In this document: piece after piece, positions 16,912 to 25,913 of the stretch
How positions within the stretch are numbered: position 1 is the first letter of the stretch
Layout: each line of letters opens with the position of its first letter
Assembly (NCBI GenBank): GCA_000503875.1
Contig: CP006913.1
Location: forward strand, 300,001 to 332,000
Source of the DNA: Candidatus Saccharimonadota bacterium
GTDB lineage: Bacteria > Patescibacteriota > Gracilibacteria > Absconditabacterales > Absconditicoccaceae
Direction of reading: 5' to 3'
Length of the DNA: 32,000 nt
Position numbers and translations under genes: made by a program
The notes under the pieces: model-generated
What the model was told of the DNA's origin: nothing
Database searches by the model: none
What the model saw: only the letters and a program-made list of their open reading frames with translations

Positions 16912-17781
16912 ATGCACTATCTTACGGTAGATCATTTAGCAAATGCAACACATACTACAAGAAATAAACACAAAGTGTTTGGTTTTTTGCGTGAAATAAA
17001 ATTGTTATTGATATTTGGTGCTATTGCTTTTGTTGGAGTTACGATATTTACCAATGCTCAATTGTTTTTGGCAAGTGTAGAGAGCATATTTTCTCCAAAA
17101 TCAGAATCATCTGTAGAAGCTATCAGACAAGTAATGGAACAAAACAATACAATTTCATCAATTATTGATTATCAACAACAAAAAGAGCAAGAAATTGATC
17201 AGCTTACAGAAAAGTATCAAACAGAAAATGGTAAAATAGCGATTCCGCTTGCCCAAGATATGGAAGAATTATTGGCAGAACAGGTGAAATGATATGATTT
17301 TTCATTCAATACTTTGCCGCCTACCAATAGACTAATTATTCCAAGATTTAATGTAGATGATCCTATTATCATTAGTAAATATACTAATATGAAGGAATTT
17401 ATTTACAAAAATTACAATGAAGAACTCAAAGAATGAGTAGTAAAATACCCAACAACTCCAGAACCAGGTCAATCAGGAAACACATTAATCTTTGGGCATA
17501 CAAGTCAAGAACGATGGAAAGAAAATCCATATGGAATGGCATTTGCTCATATTGCACAGATTGATATGGGAGATATTCTCCAAGTTGTATGGGAAGGACA
17601 ATTATATGAATATAAAGTAGTTGATATTCAAGTAAAATATCCACAACATGTAAATGAAGCATATATGGAATATGCAAATCTTCCCAAAAATTATCTTACG
17701 TTGATGTGATGTTATCCAATAGGAACATCGAAACAAAGAATTTTAGTAATAGCAGAACAAATACAATCAGAAGAAAAATAG
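16912..17781 (+). CDS. Sortase-family transpeptidase with an N-terminal membrane anchor, 289 aa
   Basis: It has a TM segment (LLLIFGAIAFVGVTIF). GNTLIFGHTS carries the catalytic His, LTLM-G-CYPIGT the catalytic Cys (TGA at 17707 immediately precedes the Cys codon), and KQRILVIAE the Arg. There are 3 in-frame TGA codons and the stop is TAG at 17779. Confidence 0.85.
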
Positions 17782-17795
17782 TCTTAGTCCTCTTG

Positions 17796-17835
17796 AAGTT
17801 TCCCCAAGTATCTCTATATACAGGGAAACTTTTTA
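17796..17835 (+). terminator. Rho-independent terminator after the sortase gene
   Basis: AAGTTTCCC (17796-17804) pairs with GGGAAACTT (17823-17831) across an 18-nt loop, followed by a T-run. Confidence 0.6.
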
Positions 17836-17853
17836 TTTAATAATAAATTTCTT

Positions 17854-18672
17854 ATGAAAAAGGTACTAGCAGTTATTGGTATTATTTTGCCTTTTATATT
17901 CGGACTTTTGTGGATAATAAGTTCTGTATTGATACTAGAGATGACAGGTGAACCAACAAGTACGATAATTTCATTGTCATATCTCAAAGTAATATCAATG
18001 ATATGAACAATTGTTTGATTTATAACTTTAATTGTCGGTGTTGTTTATCTTGGAAGAGAAAAATGACTTACTCACAAAGAAATTATGAGTCAATCACGAA
18101 AATTAACGAAGAAAAATGTTTGGAAATATATGTTGGGTGTTGTTTTGGTGTTTTTCTTACAAATACTTCAACAAGAAATATCAGAGCCTAATCAGCCAAT
18201 GACCTTAGCTATCGCTATATTGACAATTCTTTTGGGAATTGCTTATCTTCGAGTAGATTTTTGATTAAAAGGACTTAGTTTGTCTCTTGTCGAAGACAAA
18301 ATAATAAAATCATTGGATATTTTTGTTAGCGCTGAAAAATTTGTTAAATATTTTGTCGCTTATATAATCATTGTAGTATTTTCATTAATCTGAATTATTT
18401 TATTTATCGTTCCAGGTGTTTTTGTTGCATTGAGATTAAATATGGTTCCTTACCTTATTCTATCAAAAAATCTTGGTCCATGGGAAGCTATCAAACAATC
18501 ACGAAAATTAACTAAATGAAAAGTATCCAATCTTTTTGCTTTAAACGTATTGCTTGGGTTTATTAATATTCTTTGATTTGTTGCACTAATTGTTTGATTA
18601 TTTTGGACATTACCATTATTCTATATAGCAAACGCTGTGTTTTACAAAAAATTACTTTCATTCAAAAAATAA
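17854..18672 (+). CDS. Polytopic membrane protein, DUF975-like (tentative), 272 aa
   Basis: The frame from ATG 17854 to TAA 18670 contains about 9 TGA = Gly codons. An internal duplication is visible: SQSRKLTKKNVWKYMLGV in the first half and KQSRKLTK-G-KVSNLFALNVLLGF in the second. The family assignment rests on pattern memory only. Confidence 0.7.
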
Positions 18673-18692
18673 TTCTGAATTTCCTTTCAACG

Positions 18693-18720
18693 ATCCACTG
18701 CTTCGTCAGTGGATTTTTTT
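18693..18720 (+). terminator. Rho-independent terminator, overlapping the hemW stop codon
   Basis: ATCCACTG (18693-18700) pairs with CAGTGGAT (18707-18714), followed by T7. Confidence 0.85.
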
Positions 18721-19966
18721 AAATTTCATTTAATAAATCAGTTATGATCGTGTTGGAAACATCCATTCCTTGGTCAGTCAACAACAATCTATCATCAACA
18801 TCATAAAGCAATCCTTCATCTTTATAGGATTCAATAAGTTCTTTGTGATTTGGTACCAAGAGAGGAATATATTTTTCAAGATTAGTTACTCCCGTATCAG
18901 TTCTAAGTCCCAAGAAAAAAGATTCAATTAAGATATCTTTTTGGGTCATAAATGAGGTTTTGCTCGGATCTATATAATTACCCTTGAAATATTCTACAAG
19001 GTTTGAGGTATTGGTCCAACGAACAGCTTTGGTTGCTGTATCTAATTTTCATAAGCTATCAAAACTATCTAATCCATCTACCTTCATAAACGATGAAGCA
19101 CTAGGTCAAAATCCTATATAATTTTGCATCGTTCGATAGACTCTATTGTGGATACTACTTACTCCAGGTTTGGAGAAATTAGAAGATTCATATCTTTGAT
19201 ATCCGGCGTCTAAAATAATATCTTTGAGATAAGCAAATTCTGTAAAAATATCGTCATCACTCCCATAGTAAGTTCCAGAAATTGCTTGATCAGGAGTTTT
19301 ACTTTTCCACGTAGAACCAGGAAATAATTCCAGAGTATAAAGTGAAAAACTATCTGCGAATTGACTCTTGGCGAAACGGTCAAAAAAATCTATTTTCCCC
19401 GGATCCCAAAGTTGGGCTTCGCCCTTCCTCGTTTCGCCAAACTTTCCAAAGGCGATAAAATCAAAATTAAATACCATATTTTCTTGTTTAATTTCTCTTA
19501 GTCCTCTGATAAAATCAGTCAATCATGCAAAAGTAACAGGTCTTCCTACATCTTGTAAAATTTGATTATCAAAAGTTTGGATACCAAAACTAAATCTCAA
19601 TCTTGGTCGTTTTTTAAAATGCGTATTAAAATATTGAATCAGATTATAAATTTCTTCAGTAGGGTAGGGATTGAGCTCAATATTAAGCTCCATAACTTGG
19701 CTCGTATCAAAATGTTGTCCAAGAAAATCCACGATTCCTGTGAGTTGTTCTGGACTCAATACATTTGGCGTACCACCGCCAAGATAAATCGTGCTAATCT
19801 GTTTATCGACAATATGTGGTGCAGTAATAGAGATTTCTTGATACAATGCTTTGAGATAATCATCCACCATTTTCTCCTTGATTTCTGGATTTAGAAAAAA
19901 ACTATAAAATGAGCAATAGGGGCATTTTTGTGCACAAAAAGGAATATGAAGATATATTGAGATCAC
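18719..19966 (-). CDS. hemW: Radical SAM HemN-like protein (heme chaperone HemW / oxygen-independent coproporphyrinogen oxidase family), 415 aa
   Basis: A GTG start gives MISIYLHIPFCAQKCPYCSFY, carrying the CxxxCxxC radical SAM cluster motif, followed by IYLGGGTPN. Track ORFs 19523-19966, 19106-19522 and 18719-18949 are in one frame joined by TGA. The C-terminal HemN_C-like part reads FFLGLRTDTGV. Confidence 0.9.
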
Positions 19967-20113
19967 AACAAAAAATCAGAAGATAAATATTGTTATATAA
20001 CTAACGAATATCGTAAGGTTTGCAATCCTTTTTTATCTCGATTTTGGTGTTGACAATATAGAGAAAAATAATAGAAAAGAAGAGATAAATAAAACCTAAA
20101 AAAAACCAAAACT

Positions 20114-20911
20114 ATGGAAAATAAAAATATGAAGGTGCCCATAGGGATACCTATAAGTCAAATAAATATAGGAGAACGTCTTTATATTTCAATTAATGAT
20201 ATTCTCTTAGAACAAAAAGATACAGAACAAGGTTTTGAAGTCTGGCTATATATAGGAAAAACAGCATTGCTTCGTCGGCTTACGAGTGATTTAGGAGATC
20301 TTCCTATAGAAAGGAAAGGCCCAGGGATGACGAGTGGTGATTTTTTTATAGACTTTTCCGACATCGGACCAAGAATAGATCTTTATACAAAAGATACTAT
20401 TGAACTAAGTTATTACCTCTCTCCAGTAAAAATTGAATATGCATATGAGGATATTGATGATGGGGAAGGTGATGAAATACAAAAAACTCCTAGTCAAAAA
20501 CCAGGTGAAGATCTATCTTTAAGTATGGATCTTCTTCAACAAGAGATCAAAGGTATGTCTATAGAAGAACTTTATAAAATGGAGGCTTCATACAAAGACT
20601 ACGTAGATGAAATTCGCAATTCGGAGAATGGGGTGGAAAGAAAGTTCTATATGTGGTTATTTGATCAGTTGTGGGTAATGACAGAAAATCAAAGGAGAAT
20701 TTTGGAAAAAAGATTAGCCAAGCCACTAGAAGAATTGACTCCAGCTGAACTCGATCAAAGACTTTCAGAAGCTACATTGAGAGAGGATTATGATACTTGT
20801 TCTCGAATTAGAGATTTGAAACAAACGTATAATGAGAGAATGGAAAAAAAAGATAGTGAAACAGGGTGATTATATCACCCTTTTTTTTGTTATATTGACA
20901 TTAGTAAGTAA
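20114..20911 (+). CDS. Hypothetical acidic protein with a C-terminal UVR-type motif; 251 aa up to the TGA at 20867, 265 aa if TGA is read as Gly
   Basis: The ORF is uninterrupted. LTPAELDQRLSEATLREDYDTCSRIRDLK resembles the UvrB/UvrC UVR motif. Under code 25 the frame continues through the terminator hairpin to TAA at 20909, adding the tail GLYHPFFCYIDISK. Confidence 0.75.
20864..20888 (+). terminator. Rho-independent terminator whose 5' arm contains the TGA at 20867
   Basis: GGGTGAT (20864-20870) pairs with ATCACCC (20874-20880), followed by T8 (20881-20888). Confidence 0.8.
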
Positions 20912-20922
20912 ATAATTATAAG
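20895..20922 (+). promoter_or_regulatory. Sigma70-like promoter for the 20953 gene
   Basis: TTGACA (20895-20900), a 16-nt spacer, then TATAAG (20917-20922), about 30 nt upstream of ATG 20953. Confidence 0.45.
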
Positions 20923-20952
20923 GGAAAAATAAAAAACTAAAAATAAAAATAT

Positions 20953-21537
20953 ATGAAAAAACTATTATGCATCACGGTTTTTTTCTTTTCATATATATGG
21001 GTCTTTGCCCAGACTATGAAAGATAGTGCTTTTGTCTCCGAAGATAATATCCTAGGTTCCAATCAGGTACAGAAAAATCCTGAACTTCAAATAGAAGTTG
21101 GAAATATCGTTGTATACATATCTGAGGGTACTTTTGCTCAGCAAATACAAGATGTTGCCAAGAGAACAGTAACTCCTCCGTATAGTATGACATTTGATTT
21201 AGATTTTTTTGATAAAGCAATTGTAATTTTAGAACAATTATCCAAAGAAAAAAAGGAAGCAAGTTCAGAAATAACAATGCTCAAAATATGGAGAAATCAT
21301 CTTTCTTTTGACGGTAATAAATTATTAAAAGAGGAATACCAACGTTTTTTTCGGCAAACAGAGGAAGATTATGGAATCCCTATTGAATTAATTATTTCGA
21401 CAGAACAATATGAATTACTATGGCTTGGAAAAGTACAAATACAGCTATTGAAAGAATCATATGGTTCTGGTAAAAAAAGGGTAGAAATACCTCAAAATTC
21501 ATATTTTATGATTGCAATGAAACAACCCCTGAATTAG
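20953..21537 (+). CDS. Secreted hypothetical protein, 194 aa
   Basis: The ORF is uninterrupted and has a signal peptide (MKKLLCITVFFFSYIWVFAQT). The TAG stop lies inside a terminator hairpin. It contains no TGA. Confidence 0.7.
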   Translation: MKKLLCITVFFFSYIWVFAQTMKDSAFVSEDNILGSNQVQKNPELQIEVGNIVVYISEGTFAQQIQDVAKRTVTPPYSMTFDLDFFDKAIVILEQLSKEKKEASSEITMLKIWRNHLSFDGNKLLKEEYQRFFRQTEEDYGIPIELIISTEQYELLWLGKVQIQLLKESYGSGKKRVEIPQNSYFMIAMKQPLN

Positions 21538-21552
21538 GGGTTGTTTTCTGTT
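21523..21552. terminator. Terminator shared by convergent genes 20953-21537 and dedA
   Basis: CAACCCCT (21523-21530) pairs with AGGGGTTG (21536-21543), followed by a T-rich tract. The two CDS overlap by 4 nt within it. Confidence 0.75.
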
Positions 21553-22133
21553 GTTTCTTCACTTTTCTTTTTGATTCGTTTTCCAAGGTTAAAATAAATA
21601 TATCTTGTAATAAAGAATAAAATTATACCTCAAATAGTATATCAAGCAATTTGTTGTCGTCAATGCAAAAATGATGTTAATTGTTTCAGGCTAATACTTC
21701 CCAGATATCCTATGCTAAGATAAATAGTTTTTACAAATAAAGAAATAATAAACGAATAAAAAAGAAACCATGTAATAGAAAATTTTCTTGCTCAAGCAAA
21801 AATAAGGGAAGGAGCTGAAAGATAAGGAGTAAATTTAGCAATAAGAAAGTAAATGAACGGAGTTTTATTCAAAGCTTTTGTTAAAAAATGTTTATCTTGG
21901 GAAAAATAAGGGATTTTTTTGAGAAAAGGAAGTTTATTGGAAAATCTTCCTATGCTATACAAAATAATATCTCCTATAATATCTCCCAAAAAAGCTATTA
22001 TAGCAACATATTCTATACGAAGGCCTCATTGAGCAGCAACTCCTGCGCTAACAAATGAAGTGATAGGTCATTCAACAGTAGTGAGGATAAGGAGATATAT
22101 ATAAATATGTTGTTTTAAAATGTTTAAAATCAT
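21534..22133 (-). CDS. dedA: DedA/VTT-family membrane protein, 199 aa
   Basis: The minus-strand frame gives MILNILKQHIYIYLLILTTVE-G-PITSFVSAGVAAQ-G-GL...FLGDIIGDIILYSIGRF, which matches the DedA signature E-G-P...AG...GD...Y..GR. There are 7 in-frame TGA codons and the stop is TAA at 21534. Confidence 0.85.
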
Positions 22134-22191
22134 GTAATATTGTTTTTAATAAACACAAGAATCTGAAGGCACTTAACCTTTATAAAAATAT

Positions 22192-22923
22192 TTATTTTTT
22201 ACTATATTTTTTAGTCTTACTATACTTCTCGATATTATATGGATTGAAAAGAAATACATGTTTCAAAAAGTTGACTGTTCATTGATATCCCAAAATATCT
22301 TTGTACATAAAAAAATCTCTCTTCCAACCATTCCAAAATCACCATTTTTCAGGTTTAAAAGAATTGTTTCCAGAAAAGGGATATCGAACAACTATTTTTT
22401 TATGATTTTGCATATAAGTGTTTATGGCAACTTCCAATTGATATCTTTCAAATTTTTCTTTGAAAATAGTACGTAAATCATCTGCTCTCAACATTCTTTG
22501 TCACGACAAAATCAATTCTCTATAAAGGAGTTTTATATATCGTTTAGCATGGATACGTCTCAAAATTCCCATATCAATTTCAGGATTGTTATACAAACTT
22601 TCTATCAAAGAAGTTACTTCATTGATTTTTATATTTGTTAAATCTGCATCAAAAAGGAAGACATATTCGGTAGTAACTGTTTTAAGTCCTTCTGCAACGG
22701 CATGAGACTTTCCTTTATTTTTGTTATAAGAAACAAGTGAAATATCCTTGTCTTTATTGTTCTTTATAAATGTTTCTACAACGCTTGGACTTGAATCATG
22801 AGATCAATCATTAACTACCACAATTTTATCAAAAAGATCTATCTGAATAAGTTTTTCTAGAACTCACAAAATTCATATTTCCTCATTATAGAAGGGGATA
22901 ATACACGTACAGGTTTTTTTCAT
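22192..22923 (-). CDS. Family 2 glycosyltransferase (polyprenol-phosphate sugar synthase-like), 243 aa
   Basis: CIIPFYNEE...IVVVND-G-SHDSS...FLFDADL carries the DxD motif, followed by LS-G-QRML. There are 6 in-frame TGA codons and the stop is TAA at 22192. The plus-strand track ORF 22258-22476 is antisense. Confidence 0.88.
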
Positions 22924-23035
22924 TAATTACCAAAAATCAATTCTAAAATCTAAATATATTAGGTACTTATCATTAATTATTTCTGCTCCGTTATACAGAT
23001 GTCTTTTGATAAAACAAGAGATCTATCTATGACAA

Positions 23036-23326
23036 CTATCCTTTGACAAAAAATGGAATACCACAAAGAATTACCGTAATAATTATCATATAGGTAATAT
23101 TATAGACAAAATAGGGAAATCCCATCAAGAGAATTCAACAAATTAAGGAAATTATTTTACCCGTTTTTTTTCCATAGATAAAATAGGCAAATCCTATCGT
23201 ACTAATAATAAATGAAGCGATTAATGTTTCTCCAGAAAACATTCCAGAAGAGGCAAGCCCTTGGGCTGCTGTCGCAAGAGTGCCAGATCAAATTCATGCT
23301 GAAGTAAGAAGTGAAGGTACGTCCAT
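23036..23326 (-). CDS. Hypothetical small membrane protein, 96 aa
   Basis: The minus-strand frame from ATG 23326 to TAG 23036 has 3 TGA = Gly codons and gives MDVPSLLTSA-G-I-G-SGTLATAAQGLASSG... with two or three hydrophobic segments. It lies between the phosphoesterase and GT2 genes. Confidence 0.5.
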
Positions 23327-23348
23327 AAATAATCCACGAGATAAAAAA

Positions 23349-24437
23349 TTACTTTGTCGCAGGGGCTTTTTTAAGTGAGATTAGTACAAGCTCACTTTGG
23401 GTTCCAATTCTAATAGGAGCTCACCAGGTACCAATACCTTGAGAAACGAAAGCCGTCATCCCATTTTCACGATAGGTTCAATAGCTATAATCATTTAATA
23501 GAGGAATGATCAATGAAAACGGAAAAAATTGCCCATTATGGGTATGTCCAGCAAGTTCTAAATCAATAGGATATCCCGCTAATTTACTCAACTTTTGAGG
23601 CTGATGAGAAATCAAGATGGTATATGCTTGGTCGCTAGCTATATTACTTTCATCCAAAATCTCAAAAAGTTTTTTACTATTTCGATAGCTTTTATCATCA
23701 ATTCCTACAACCTGGATTCCATCTATATCGACGCTTTGATTTCTCAGGACTTTAATCTTGGTTTTTTCGAAAATTTGCAAAACCGCATCGCTATCTCCCA
23801 TATTATCATGATTTCCTAGTGTTGCATACACTGGCATTTTCAGTTGATTAAACGGCAAAAATGCCTCTACATAGCTAGCTTTTGCGGTATTCATCAAATC
23901 ACCACCAAGTATTACAAAGTCTGGTTTGATTTTTTGGATACGATCAACTATTTTTTGGATATATCAACGATTACGGACAGACTCCACATGCAAATCACTA
24001 ATAAAGACTATGTTATGATCTTTTTTTAAGGCAGGATTTGAAAGAGAAAGTGGCGTAGTTCTTATCGTTACTCCATAATATATTCCAGAACCTACCCAAA
24101 GGACGGACAAGATTATCATAACTATTGGCGGTATTTTATGCCAAAAAGAGATAAGATCTCTTGCTATCAAGAGAGGACTGATCACCCAAAGTGCGTAAAT
24201 AATCCAGAGCAAGACAGCTCAAAGTATCTCAGTACTTTTTCAAAAAAACATATTCATCGAAAAACTCGTTGCCACAATTCCCAGCAATCCGAGGGAGAGG
24301 AGGAGAAGCATTCTCGGTTTCAGATGCACCCCGAAACTCACTCCTCCTCTCCAAACGATCATCAGGAAAATCCCTCGCATAACGAAAAGCGCTATACTAA
24401 TAAACAAGATACGAGAAAAGGGATTGCTACCGTGCAT
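23349..24437 (-). CDS. Membrane-anchored calcineurin-like metallophosphoesterase (YkuE/YaeI-like), 362 aa
   Basis: Track ORFs 24240-24437, 23964-24212 and 23478-23897 are one frame joined by TGA. After the N-terminal TM segments come the motifs ISDLH, GGDL, GNHD, LISHQP and GHTHNGQ, then SQGIGTW-G-APIRIG. The stop is TAA at 23349. Confidence 0.9.
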
Positions 24438-24524
24438 TATCTATGCAAAAAAAATAAATATATCTGTTACTTATAAAAATTAGCTATTCTTGTGCAAGCT
24501 TGATATTATTTTCTCTATCAAAAT

Positions 24525-24553
24525 TTGCTTTTAAAAAATTTTATCCATATAAT
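24525..24553 (+). promoter_or_regulatory. Sigma70-like promoter for the 24582 gene
   Basis: TTGCTT (24525-24530), a 17-nt spacer, then TATAAT (24548-24553), 28 nt upstream of the ATG. Confidence 0.5.
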
Positions 24554-24581
24554 CGAGATCTATTTATTTTTTTTAAACAAA

Positions 24582-25565
24582 ATGGAACAATTAACCCATA
24601 AGAATCACCTAAAGAAAGTAGTAAGAACACCAATTATTGTTTCAGGCAACCAAGAAGCGCTTTCTGATGTATTAGAATATGCTCATAAAAAAGCGAAGAA
24701 ACGTGATATATATGCTGTAAAAGAAGGCAATGCGCTTAATCATACGCATATGTTATCCTACAAAGAACTCAAAGAAATGTTAGCAGAACCAGAAGAAAGA
24801 ATTGACGCCCCACAAGAAAATATTGAAAAGAGTGAAGATCAGACTATTGATGTCTCTTCGAAAAAAGAAAATAAAAATTCAATGAGCTCAAAACTTAATG
24901 TTGTGAAAAGAATTAAAGATTGGAAAGAAGATATTGAAGAATCATTCAAAGAATCTTTGACGGATATGCTTGATGCAAAGATTATCACAAAAGAGCAAAA
25001 AGAAGAAGTAGAAGAATCATTAAAATCTCCTGAAGTAATGGAATCAATCAGGACCTGGATATCAGTTTTTGGATTTTCTACCTTGTATATAGGAGTAAAT
25101 ACCGTAACTGTTACGCCGTTAGCAGGACTTCTTTGAGGTGCTGGGATGTGAGCTATCGCATATTTGCTTCTTTATCTTCTTAAAAGATTTTTAGTAAGCG
25201 GTATCGTTAGTACCGTAGGAAAAAATCTCGAAAGAAAAAATTATATTTCTAATATGTCGATCATTCCTGTCTTAGGAGAACAAATAACATTGATAGAACT
25301 ATATAGAAAATTTCCTCTGGCTGCACAACTTTTTTATGCATCTATGAGAACCAAGAAATTGAGAAAGGAGTATAATGAACATGATGATTCAACAGGAAAG
25401 ACAAATCATCAAAAGGAAATTTTGAGAGAAAAGTGGGAGAAAAAAGTACGAAAAAATGCAGACTGGATCAAAAGAAAGAGTGATGGACTCGTAAAATTTG
25501 AAACAAGTATCGGAAAATTCTTCATTAAATTAAAGGATAATGTCGTAAGCGTTTTCGCAGAATAA
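24582..25565 (+). CDS. Hypothetical membrane protein: charged N-terminal region, central TM hairpin, basic C-terminal region; 327 aa
   Basis: Track ORFs 24525-25136 and 25164-25565 share a frame and are joined by two TGA codons inside a Gly-rich TM segment (PLAGLL-G-GAGM-G-AIAYLLLYLL). ATG 24582 is preferred because the TTG at 24525 is the -35 box. Confidence 0.7.
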
Positions 25566-25574
25566 GAAAGTGAT

Positions 25575-25607
25575 AATGAGTGGTTCTTTTAGAATCACTC
25601 ATTTTTT
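25575..25607 (+). terminator. Rho-independent terminator
   Basis: AATGAGTGGTTC pairs with GAATCACTCATT with one mismatch, followed by T6. Confidence 0.85.
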
Positions 25608-25613
25608 GTATAA

Positions 25614-25639
25614 CAAAAAAAATCCCAATCACTTGGAAT
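25614..25639 (-). terminator. Terminator for the tRNA pair (minus strand)
   Basis: The minus strand reads ATTCCAA-GTGA-TTGGGAT (one G-U pair) followed by a U8 run (A8 at 25614-25621 on plus). Confidence 0.6.
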
Positions 25640-25645
25640 CCTTAA

Positions 25646-25722
25646 TGGAGCGGATGACGGGACTCGAACCCGCAACAGTCTGCTTGGAAGGCAGAAACTC
25701 TAGCCAATTGAGTTACATCCGC
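25646..25722 (-). tRNA. tRNA-Gly, anticodon UCC, CCA encoded
   Basis: The reverse complement GCGGATG-TA-ACTC-AATTGGCTA-GAGT-T-TCTGC-CTTCCAA-GCAGA-CTGTT-GCGGG-TTCGAGT-CCCGT-CATCCGC-T-CCA folds as a 77-nt cloverleaf. The anticodon loop is CT-TCC-AA. Confidence 0.9.
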
Positions 25723-25783
25723 ATTGAATAGTGCGAGGACCAATATATGTATTTATCTCGCAATTTCAAGCCTATTTTTGTAA

Positions 25784-25860
25784 TGGTGGGCCTAGCTGGA
25801 CTTGAACCAGCGACCCAGCGGTTATGAGCCGCTTGCTCTAACCAACTGAGCTATAGACCC
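25784..25860 (-). tRNA. tRNA with CAU anticodon (elongator Met, or Ile2 if lysidine-modified), CCA encoded
   Basis: The reverse complement GGGTCTA-TA-GCTC-AGTTGGTTA-GAGC-A-AGCGG-CTCATAA-CCGCT-GGGTC-GCTGG-TTCAAGT-CCAGC-TAGGCCC-A-CCA folds as a 77-nt cloverleaf. It has a G1-C72 pair and no GGG/CCC anticodon stem, so it is not an initiator tRNA. Confidence 0.88.
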
Positions 25861-25913
25861 AAATACAAAAACAAGTTCGTATATAATAAATTAGACAAAA
25901 AATGCAAGACTTT

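Noticed and set aside
24138-24476. Plus-strand ORF 24138-24476 with a His/Ser/Glu-rich product
   Set aside because: It is antisense to the N-terminal TM region of the metallophosphoesterase gene, whose frame is continuous and motif-bearing.
25646-25722. This tRNA-Gly as the UGA-decoding suppressor
   Set aside because: The anticodon is clearly UCC (loop CTTCCAA), not UCA.
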